A DNA stretch of 64,000 bases. Origin: Oopsacas minuta (lineage: Eukaryota; Animalia; Porifera). Within the stretch, counting starts at the first letter, position 1, and each line of letters opens with the position of its first letter. A program made the position numbers and the translations under genes. The notes below the pieces were generated by a model, which was not told the origin of the DNA, made no database searches, and saw only the letters and a program-made list of their open reading frames with translations. This document shows positions 53,212 through 63,495 of the stretch, piece by piece. The DNA is taken from the NCBI GenBank assembly GCA_024704765.1, contig JAKMXF010000210.1, forward strand, positions 124,001 through 188,000, given 5' to 3'.

Positions 53212-56200
53212 ATGCAGCGTGACAGCACCAGTACTCAATCATCTTCCTCTAGCGTATCATTCCATGAAGATCAGCAGATAGAGCAACAAATTGAGACTCT
53301 ACGACGTTGGTGTTGTCACATACTACTACCGATTAATCTCACTATACACAAGCTGGAAGAAGTTCTCACATTTTCTCCCTCTAAAGAGCTATATATACTA
53401 GTAATACTACAGATCCTAGACCCTGGTTCATATCCTCCTAAAGCAGGGCCATCAACTAAAAGGTTACTCGGTGAATCGAGCTAGGATACTATACGTATAA
53501 CCGGTATTTACTGTATTCTTATAGCATTATTTGATCTTTTTTTATAGGAGAAATACCTTAGTCAGAGATTTTCATAGAAAAGAGGCGATTAAATCGCTAC
53601 TACCTAAACTAATGAATGGAGTACATCCTCTCAACTATATTGGTAAAACTTTAAGAATAACTACAGTAGAACTCGGATAAAACGTACTCGGTTTAAGACG
53701 TAATATTTTTTGTTTCCCGATGGGGTATGTCTTGTCCGAGTTCTAATGTACCTGTAATTATATTCGGTGTAGAGAATCGACAGTTTATTCTCTCCCTTAT
53801 TGTATAGATACAGATAAACTACAAGAAGGAGATACAAACACTTTAATACAGTTAATCTGGCATATCATACAGAGATATCAAATATGCTCTGATTGCTACA
53901 AGAAACCGAAAGGAGATTTTGCTGTTAAGTTTTTAATTCAGAAAATACAACTTATAGAGAGTAGAGCTAAATCAGATACAATAATTAAACTCTGGTCTAA
54001 CAACTCTCTTCTTATTAATCTTATCAAACACAAACTTAATAAGCTACAGATTAGAGAAGAATTTGAATCTTCAGAGGATGAATTTGATTATCTTATAACT
54101 CTAGCTAAAGATAAGTTAAATATTCCTTGTATAATACCTGCCTCACAATTTTTAAGCTCTAAACTTGATTTCATTTCTATTATGATTTATCTGTCATTCT
54201 TCTTTTGTTCACATTCCTACTTGGCACTATTCGCCCCCTCTATTCCTGATGGAGACTTTGGTTTAGAAAGTGCAGTTCTTACTTTCCTTCAGGAACATTC
54301 ACAAAACGATTCTAATATCGAAAATAGTTTTCCTATTTTCGATGAAGCTGAGTTCATTTCTTCTAAAATACAAATATTTCCGTCTCGTCATCCTAAACAA
54401 GAGACCATGTCCCATATGACAATGTTACAACAGGGACCAGGGGAGCAAACAGTACACATACACAAAACTGGATCTGTGAAAGAAGCTCGTAGAATCTCAC
54501 GGGTTGATGGAATGAGTCATCCAATATACACATACAGCTTGCCATCTAATTCTAAATTCCATATGGTTATAGCTCTTAATGAATTCGGTAATACAATAAT
54601 TGATGTTAAGGTAGTCAGTGATCGTGGAGTTGATATTCCGTTCCAATTAATGAAATTCGATCTCCGTTACGAACTGGAGTTCTACCATGCAATAGATCCA
54701 GGCGATTTTTACCTTGTGCATATTCTGTTGAAAGGTATGTCTATTTGTGGCAGTCCATTCACTTATTCGAACAGATTCTTTGAGAGCTGTCAAGAGGTTT
54801 CTAAAGACTATAGAGCAGATAGAAAATGTTATTTAGTGAGCTCACAATTTCCTAAAGCTCGTATGGTCACTATTCAACCTAATAATGTTAAAGATTCACA
54901 ATTCCCTCATATATTTCCATTAGGTCAGCCTATTCAATTGCTATTAGATCAACTCAGTACTAAAAACGCTATGGAAAAGTTACAAACAGTTGCCTTCGGT
55001 GAAACTGTAGGAGAGGTTACTTTGGATATTTCACAACAACCCAATGGTGTTTGTCTTGTAACATTCAATCCAAGACTTCCAGATACATACGATTTGCATG
55101 TGAAGTGGGATGGAAAGCCATTGCCGAATAGTCCGTTTAGATTTACCATCATGAAGTTCTCACAGCCTGAGAAGTGTAGGATAATTGGACTAGACCCTTG
55201 TCTATCATGGGTGCGTGTAAATGAGCCATTAATATTCCAGGTGGATGCTAATCAAGCTGGTATAGGAGAATTGACTGTGAAAGCTAATCAACCGCTTGAG
55301 CCTGTACAATCTGATTTGAGTATTGTTAGAGAAAACGGTAACTTATTCGTAGTGCGTTATAGACCACGAATTGTTGGAGGACATAAGCTCCATTTACTTT
55401 GGAACCAATTACCTATACCATTCTCACCGATTTCATTCACTGTACACTCACATGACAATCCCACCCCCTCTGCCTTACAAGTAATTAATATACACGAGGC
55501 TCCGTTCATTTTGAATAGAGACGAAACTTTAGAGCTAAATATGAAAGGAGATTTTAGTTTAGTTCCTAAGTTATCAGGCTATGGTATTAAGACTGATAAT
55601 ACAAGGGATAAGATTCATTTGATTTATGAAAAGACTGATGAGAAATTGTTCAAAGTTATATTTGAACCTTCAGATCCAGGAGAATATAATGTATTCATCA
55701 TTCTAGATGGACAGGACATCGACGGGAGTCCATTCCGTGTGGATTATGGTATGGGGGATGCAGCTGCTTGTTACGTCAGAGGTTTAAATGATAGACATTA
55801 TTTCGTGGAACAACCTATAGAGTTCACACTGGATGCTTCCGATGCTGGGCGTGGTAAGGGACTTATTAAGGTTGGTTCACATAAAACAGATTCAGAGCCC
55901 CCAGGTCTGCTTAATATTAAGGATAATGATAACGGTACATACACTGTACACTACACTCCTAAGAAATCTAAATTACATATGCTGGATATTACTTGGAATA
56001 GTGATCCAGTGTTGGGAAGCCCTTGGGAGTTTTGTATAGAGGAACCATTCGTGTTGAATAGTGATTCAAATATTAATATTGTTGAAACAAACAGACAAAT
56101 GCAATTGATGCTGCCGACAGAGTTGTGTAATTTCGCGAATATTAAAGACACAGATATTATAGTGGATTGTGTAGGCGAGATTACTGGTAAAGCGTTTGCG

Positions 56201-58351
56201 GTTGTTTCAAAGAATGAGAAAGGAGAACGTGTGATTAATTTCATTCCTAAATTCGCGGATATTTACACTCTTACTGTACATATTGATGGGGTCGAGCAAA
56301 TTTGCAGTCCTTGGAAAGTTGAAGCAATTGACATTAACGAAACTTTGTCTAATATTATCGCGGATATTGACAGCAAAGTTGAAGTTAACAGACCTGCGAT
56401 TGTCAACATTAAATTAACAGACACGATACATTCACCTAGACTACAAATAGAAGTTACAGGACCATCTGGTTCATGTGAAGTTGAAATGAATACAGATGAA
56501 AACAATCCATTTCACGTGTTCGGTCAGTTCTTCCCTCGTGTTTCTGGTAAATACAGTATTTCTGTATTAGCTTATAACAAGCATATACCCAGAAGTCCGT
56601 ACACGATAAAAGCAGTCATTACAGAAGCAGCTAGGGCTGCAGGTGAGTGTTTCATAGTTGAGAAAGATAATAATACATTTAATAATACACTACTGATTGG
56701 ACAGACATGCAAATTCACTGTTTCTACTCGTAGAGCAGGAAAGGGAGACTTAAATATAGTTATTCAGGGACCGGGGCATGCTGAGTGTAGAAATGTGAAT
56801 AATTACGATGGAACACATTGTATATTCTTAACTGTAGGGATATGTGGCCAATATAAAGTATCTGTTTCTTGGGGAAGTTATGCGATAGTTGGTAGTCCGC
56901 TTGTAATCAGGTTTTGTGGGGAAATAGAACATCCAGAGCTAGTGGGTATCTCACTAGAGAATAAAGTACTGGGCGTAGGAGTGCCATATCGTTTTAACTT
57001 ATCAGTTCCTCGCATATTAGGAGAACTTGATGTGTTTTCTATTCCTCTTATTTCTGCGTTAGTTAGTGTTGAGCATCAAGACTCTGAGCATTATGAAGTA
57101 TCCGTTGCGCCTAAACAAATAGGTGACTACCTGCTTGGGGTAAAAGTAGGGGATTATCATGTAGTTGGTAGTCCATTTCCGATAACCTATGTATCATTCT
57201 GTGATGCAAATCGATGTAGCTTGATTGTTCCTTCTAAGAATAAATGTATTTCTTTCGGAGAGAAACTCATTTATCAAGTTTCAACTAAGAACGCTGGAGT
57301 AGGTATTTTAGAAGCTGTCTTGATAAATGATGAAGCTAAAGAGATGATTCCTGTTATTGTTAGGAAATTGGATGAGAATGTATTTAATATTGAGATTATC
57401 CCTGGAGGCAAAGATCAATACTACCTACACATTCTATATGGGAATAATCCTATCCCTGGTTCACCTTTCAGCGTAAAACTTTCTGATTTTAAGCAGGATA
57501 TTCAATGTGTTGTAGATGGAGATTTTGTACAGAGATGTGTAGTGGGCAGACAATGTTCTTTTCAAGTTATCAGTAGCCTGTCTCTATCAAATAGTTTACA
57601 AGTGCGTATACAAGATTCTTCTGGTAAAGAAACGCCATCTAATGTATTTCCACTTAGAAACAGAGCCTATGAGACCAAATTCACTTTAACTACACAAGGA
57701 TCTTACAATGTATCTGTTAAGCACAATGAAGCTGATGTCATTGGAAGTCCGTTCACTATAACAGCTGTAAATTCTAGTGCGATTTCTCCAATCAAAATAG
57801 GACAATTCCCGAAAGAAATCGAATTGGGACAGCAGTTAGAATTCATAATAGATTGTAGTGGTGCTAATGATAGCGGAGATCTAGTAGTTAAGGCTATCGG
57901 TCCCACTTTAACCAAGATATTTGAGGATATTACTATAGTTGAGAAACAAAATAACGAGTTGAGAGCTTCATTCACTCCCAAGTTAGGAGGTACTTATACT
58001 CTATTCTCAACTTGGGATGGAATTGAAGTTCTGAATAGTCCATTTTCTGTAGAAGTTCTCATTTCTTCTGATCCTAAAAAAGTTTATGTTTCTGGAAATG
58101 GGCTATCGAATGGAAAGGTTGGTGAATTGTTGGAAATTATTGTTGATAGTCGACAAGCAGGTCCTGGGGAACTATTGGTCAGAATTACGGGACCACGAGA
58201 AAATCTAAATCTCGAATTAGTCCCTGACTCGATGAATGATAAACTTGATCATGTTGTTTACACTCCACAATTGAAGGGTAATTACAAAGTTGAAATATTT
58301 TGGACAAAACAAGCTATTTCTGAAAGTCCTTTTAACATTTTTATTTCTTAA
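53212..58351 (+). CDS. Short filamin-like protein (about 1629 aa); exons 53212-53462, 53548-53642, 53808-58351
   Basis: Spliced N-terminus gives divergent tandem CH domains (QIETLRRWC; IDTDKLQEGD..LIQLIWHIIQRY; DKLNIPCII..LDFISIMIYLSFF), followed by many filamin Ig repeats (GSPF, DASDAGRG, YTP). Confidence 0.88.
53664..53748. mobile_element. pogo/Tigger-like MITE (85 bp) in filamin intron 2
   Basis: TA|CAGTAGAACTCGGATAAAAC ... GTCTTGTCCGAGTTCTAATG|TA. Confidence 0.8.
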
Positions 58352-58514
58352 ACCTCATTACAGTTTATCTACTGTCATTTGTTGTATATATTTACCATCT
58401 CTATACTCTAATATTTCAAATATCTTTTAACTTACTGGGGAAATATTCAGTAATATGTTCTGTTACCAACGAAACAGAGAATTTTGTTTCTAAAATAGAA
58501 ATTTACTCTCCTTT

Positions 58515-58595
58515 ATTCATCAGTTTTATCGAACTCCGCTTACATTAAATTAGTTATCACGGTCCCTTAAGCTTCGATATGACTGGAGCTGACTG
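58515..58595 (-). mobile_element. Partial copy of the 8966-family MITE
   Basis: Reverse complement CAGTCAGCTCCAGTCATATCGAAGCTTAAGGGACC matches the left end of 8966; followed by TA. Confidence 0.65.
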
Positions 58596-58938
58596 TAATA
58601 TCCATATTCACTGATGTTATCTGGCTAACAAATTATATACATATGTTCATTGCTTTGCATTGCATATTTGCAAAACTTTCTCAGTAATACTGTAATTAAT
58701 TAATGTCTTAATTAATAGTTTAAGCTACAGGTGGATTTAGAAAGCAATGCTAATTATTCAAACCACTTTAATGAATCACATATCTGTTATGTACCTACCC
58801 GTATACTTGATGTAACATATATACATATGGAATGCATGAACTTTGTTGCATTTTGTAACTAACACTAGATCTAAATGGAAGTGAACTTTTATGTTGTCTG
58901 TTATATTCGCCACCAATAGCTATTATCACTTCCTCTTC

Positions 58939-59307
58939 ATGGTTGAACTATCTGTTAGATACAACCCCGATTCTAAAGAATGGATAATTATTGAATTACA
59001 AGGCTCTGTAGAAACTTATAACTCTCTTCCATTGAAGGATGTAGGCCTTGGAGACTTGCACTATAATGCTAATGGTGAACCTCTGCTTATATTAGGACAT
59101 CACTTATTAAAAGGAAAAATTGTGAACCTCAGTAATCCAATCGGAGTTTTTGCAAAACAAACTAAAAAGCAAAATAGCACATTATCCGATTCAATTACAG
59201 ATGACGTCACGTGTGATTATGAAGTTGTTGCACTTGTCAGAAAAAAGATAATATTTGCTACTCGTCCTAAACCTATTCTTGTCAAATACGAATCTGATAA
59301 GGATTAG
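58939..59307 (+). CDS. CHTF8: Chromosome transmission fidelity protein 8
   Basis: EWIIIELQG, LGDLHY..GEPLLILGHHLLKGKIVNL.NP..V, KIIFATRPKPI. Confidence 0.92.
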   Translation: MVELSVRYNPDSKEWIIIELQGSVETYNSLPLKDVGLGDLHYNANGEPLLILGHHLLKGKIVNLSNPIGVFAKQTKKQNSTLSDSITDDVTCDYEVVALVRKKIIFATRPKPILVKYESDKD

Positions 59308-59489
59308 TTATAAAGATGTGTTTATTTGTGATATTCCAATTATCGCAGTACTTAATTCAGTTTTTTGGTTGTTATTCATTCGAGCAACTCGCATATTCAC
59401 ACAATTATATATAATAGTTGCGTGTAAATTTAATAGAACCACCTAGTTCATGCAATTTTATACTTTACAGATTTAGATAATTTCTAGTA

Positions 59490-60359
59490 ATGGCAGAAAA
59501 TCAGATAAACTACGAAAACACTGCTAAATGGATGGAACTCCATATTAGCAGAAATAAACTGAAGACTACAAGCAAGATTTCTGCTCTCCTGGCTGGTTTC
59601 GCAATGGTTGCTTTGATTGAACTTAGCATTCAAGAATATAAGAACGACAAAGGCATAGATAGTATATACGCTCTCACTTTATATGGAATCGTTACTTCCG
59701 TTCTCATCTTCCTGCATATTTATTCCCTAATGGTATCCACGTGTATTCTCCCTGACCTGGATTACATTGCTACTTATGAACACACCCCCAGGCTTGGCGA
59801 CTTCCTAATCAGGACTTCTCCGCACAAGAAGTACTCAACCTATGTTCACGTCTCCTGGCTGTTCTCGAATGTTCTCGGGAACTTGTGTCTACTTCTTGAT
59901 CTCTTATTGATCCTGTTCATTAAGTTCTATCCCACTAACCATTCTGAACATTCTAATTCTAATTCTACAATACCATACAATGATAATAAATTCGATCCAC
60001 ACTATGCTCCACTGATCTGTAGTGTAATTGTACTTGGTACTCTCGTATTTGTCTACATATTATCTTCTCTACATATTCTTAAGATTAAAGTCACGCACCA
60101 TACAGGGACGTTTGGAACTCGCATCAATGAGATACAAGATGACTTCTCTAAATTATTTCGTACATTTCAACGACAAACCTCAACATCTTATAGTGTAGAG
60201 AAAGATTCAGTGAGTTCTGATAGCAAAACACATCCTGAAGAGATGAATAGAATTCTCCCAAAAAATGATTCTCGAATTCTCCTCTCCCTTGATTCGAAAT
60301 CGCAGTTGTTAACACTTCAGGAATCTCCCCTCGATCAGAACAATACCCTCTCTAAATAA
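59490..60359 (+). CDS. ORAI: Orai (CRAC) calcium channel subunit
   Basis: SRNKLKTTSKISALLAGFAMVALIE; HIYSLMVSTCILP; SPH.K...YV..SWLFSNVLG..FIKF. Confidence 0.93.
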   Translation: MAENQINYENTAKWMELHISRNKLKTTSKISALLAGFAMVALIELSIQEYKNDKGIDSIYALTLYGIVTSVLIFLHIYSLMVSTCILPDLDYIATYEHTPRLGDFLIRTSPHKKYSTYVHVSWLFSNVLGNLCLLLDLLLILFIKFYPTNHSEHSNSNSTIPYNDNKFDPHYAPLICSVIVLGTLVFVYILSSLHILKIKVTHHTGTFGTRINEIQDDFSKLFRTFQRQTSTSYSVEKDSVSSDSKTHPEEMNRILPKNDSRILLSLDSKSQLLTLQESPLDQNNTLSK

Positions 60360-60632
60360 TCGACTCAGATTGGTATCTTTGAGATTGTCAATACTAGGCT
60401 AATAATTGTTTCTCACGTCTTAATTCTGTATGTAATATTAATCAATATTTAATTTCTTTTGTGTCATACTAATCCTTGTAATAATATTAAATTTTCTTAA
60501 TTATTTATTGTAAAAACAACCAAAATTCATCACAGAATTGATTGTAAATTTATTATGTATTTGAATACGATTTTAATGCTACATTTTGATATTCATTTGT
60601 GATATACGTAATTCTAATTCAAATAACTTCTA

Positions 60633-60788
60633 TATAGCTCAGCTATGCTATTGTACAGTTTTTGTTTATTAGCTTTTCTATCTTCGAGGGAAGGTAATTT
60701 TTCGGATTGATGAAATTCACCTTTTCGAATGAGGGTATGGGGTTTTTTGTATTGCAAAAAAACTGTACTATACTATAGCTCAGCTATA
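60633..60788. mobile_element. Foldback element bounded by palindromic TATAGCTCAGCTAT(A) repeats
   Basis: 14-bp direct repeats at 60633 and 60774; inner inverted arms GTACAGTTTTT / AAAAACTGTAC; central imperfect palindrome. Confidence 0.75.
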
Positions 60789-60842
60789 TATAAGAAATCT
60801 CTACGTAATTAACAAATAGTCATTTGTGTAATTAGCAAGAAA

Positions 60843-62324
60843 ATGACAAATATATCAACTGCAGAAAAGATAATCGAATGGTCCGTCCTGGGAAATATAT
60901 CTAGTTTGAATTTAAACTGCAGTGATCTGTACACACTTCCTCCCTCTCTATTCCAGCCTTATTTTCAATTCAAACTTAAGGAGCTATATGCTAAGGTGTA
61001 TTTATTATGTAGACACATGTTGTACTAGTTCGTATGATCCTAGAAGTCGTTTATTGTTTACGTATACAATTACATTTTATATAGTTTTGATTCATAGGGA
61101 AACAAACTTGAAGAGTTACCCGATCAACTCTCCTTCTTGATGAACCTCTCTGTGTTACACGTTCCTAATAACAGAATACAGTTTATATCAGATAAACTAT
61201 CCCTACCTAAATCATTGAGCAAACTATGTATCAGTCAGAATAATCTGAAGTCTATTCCAGATTCTTTTGAATCACTTACAAATCTTGAAGTTAGTATTTA
61301 GTTTTGTATATATTTATTGTATTTATTTTCCGATATACAGGTATTTGAAGCAGATAGAAATTGCATTAAGATAATTCCTAAGTCTCTATCCACACTACCC
61401 AAACTCCATACACTTAATCTGTCTCAGAATTTAATTCGTAATATACCTACTTCTATTTCCTCAGCTAACAGCTTGGAAGTTCTCATTTTAGGTGAGTCTT
61501 TGGTAAAAATAAACCTGTTTGCATTGTTCTAAAAATTTGTTATACATTTTGTATTTCATTCTTAGATTCAAATCGCATCATAATGTTACCACCACAGATA
61601 TGTCTCTTGCCCCGATTAAGCATACTTTCTCTATGTTCAAATTCTATACAAGCTCTTCCTCATAATATACATGCTGCTACACAGTTATCTCAGTTACTGG
61701 TTGATAATAATCCTACACTTAGCTCGTTACCTGGTTCAATATTAATGTTAGAGTTGGATATTATCGGGTTGAATGGGTGTGGTGGTGTAATATTTGATCC
61801 TCTAAGAGATCACACTCACATAGAGCAATATAATCTCAGTCTAAAGGCACTCTGTTTAAATCGGTGATTACTTTAAATTACTTTAATTAACTGATTTATG
61901 ATATTGTCCGAATAATTCGAATATTTAATATTTCATTATCTCTGAATTAATTATTGAAATTATCTATCTTTTCTGAAGAGTACCAATTGAACAAATACGC
62001 CAGTTACTTACGGATCCTCTTTTCATTTGGTTATGTCTTTCTTATAGTTTATGCCAATGGTTGGATGATCCAAAGTTAACCGATAATTCACCATTTTCAG
62101 AATTATTTGGTATACCAAAATGGATAGCCAGTAAACTGAGTATACAAGGATATTGTTATTCTTGTCGTAAACCATTCTACTTACCGAGAGTGCTGCTTGT
62201 TACACATCATTTCAAATATCATCTATTTCCTCAATTCACATTTCCAGGTCATAGGAAACCGATCAAATTAACATTCACTTTCTGCAGTATTCAATGTGTT
62301 AATAATTATGGTCAACTATTTTAG
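60843..62324 (+). CDS. LRRC28: Leucine-rich repeat protein 28-like; exons 60843-60995, 61098-61289, 61341-61491, 61566-61863, 61979-62324 (379 aa)
   Basis: LRRs; LLVDNNPTLSSLP..IIGLNGCG; BC-box-like SLKALC; C-terminal GYCYSC...FCSIQC. Confidence 0.75.
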
Positions 62325-62510
62325 AATAATGTTTATTGTATGTAACAAAAGGTTTGTTCCATTATGTGCTGTTATATATATATAATATATACGATAATAT
62401 TTATTTTCACAGTACGCATAACCTTAACTCATTCAGTCACCTGTAGAGGTGATATTAGTATATTAATTTCTATATTTTGTAATTTGTCTTATTTCAATTA
62501 GTTTTGATCT

Positions 62511-63116
62511 ATGTGTTCAAATTTTATCTTTTTGCTGATATTAACTTCACTTAATACTCGTTTAACTAATGCAAATTGTGAAAATAGAACAGTTTGCTTG
62601 GACTCCAGTATTCTGAATGGAAGTACTACATCCCTGGTAGATTGTATTGATTCTGAGTGTGTTTGTTTGAGTGAATGTTTTGAATTGAACCTTACATCGA
62701 AAAGTTGTTTCTTACAAACTAGTTCTTGTTATTTATACTCTCTGTCAGATGACACATGTCACTCAACAGCACCTTCCTGGGTGACAGCTTTCATTCTGAG
62801 TCTGCTATTCGGAACGACAGGAGCTGATAACTTCTACATCAACCGATTCGACTATGCAATTCCTCAACTTTTGCTGTTTCTATCTCCTCTCTGTGGTTGT
62901 TTTACTCTCTGCTCTTACTGCTACTGTGCAATGTTTCTCTCCATCAGAAAGAACCTTCGTCCTATTTCTATGTGTCTTAACGTAACAGCTCTTATACTGG
63001 CTAGTCTAGCAGCTATTATATTACCGCTTATCACCACTTCTTGGAATATATTCGATATATTTATGTTTGGTTTCAACGCTCATTTTGATAGCAACGGTTG
63101 TACACTCAGAAAATAG
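62511..63116 (+). CDS. TM2-domain membrane protein (paralog B)
   Basis: Core identical in protein to 4469-5068; different signal peptide and tail. Confidence 0.8.
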   Translation: MCSNFIFLLILTSLNTRLTNANCENRTVCLDSSILNGSTTSLVDCIDSECVCLSECFELNLTSKSCFLQTSSCYLYSLSDDTCHSTAPSWVTAFILSLLFGTTGADNFYINRFDYAIPQLLLFLSPLCGCFTLCSYCYCAMFLSIRKNLRPISMCLNVTALILASLAAIILPLITTSWNIFDIFMFGFNAHFDSNGCTLRK

Positions 63117-63285
63117 TTTGGACTGTCAATTTATTATATTTTCTTGCATATTTTAGTGTAATTATTTCAATTTTACTTATTATTAACTTTCTTGCTTTAT
63201 CATTCATTCTGTTATACATTTACACTGTACTAAATTTTGTAGAAATGTATCCTCTAATATATATATGAAAAATTCGGTTATTTAG

Positions 63286-63452
63286 GCCTGCGTGGAACCA
63301 TGAGGTTCATTGACCCCTTGGTGGTCCACTACGACTGGAAGGGGTCCATCGGTCCTCAAATTTGTATTACAGTCCATGGGAGGAGTCCACACCATCATCA
63401 TGGGTTAAAATTGGAATAAAGGGTCCACGAGTGAAAAGTTTGCGAACCGCTA
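63286..63452. mobile_element. hAT/Charlie-like MITE relic (only the right end is clear)
   Basis: GGGTCCACGA...AAAAGTTTGCGAACCGCT right end resembles the 1045 element; left TIR not found. Confidence 0.4.
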
Positions 63453-63495
63453 ATTTAGACGTAATATATTTTGATTAATAATATTGTAGAGTAAT

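Noticed and set aside
7584-57981. Many 60-140 aa ORFs overlapping real genes (e.g. 7584, 9715, 13898, 16158, 20235, 24049, 27699, 43471, 44694, 51189, 55951, 57703)
   Set aside because: Shadow or antisense frames of well-supported CDSs with no recognisable motifs
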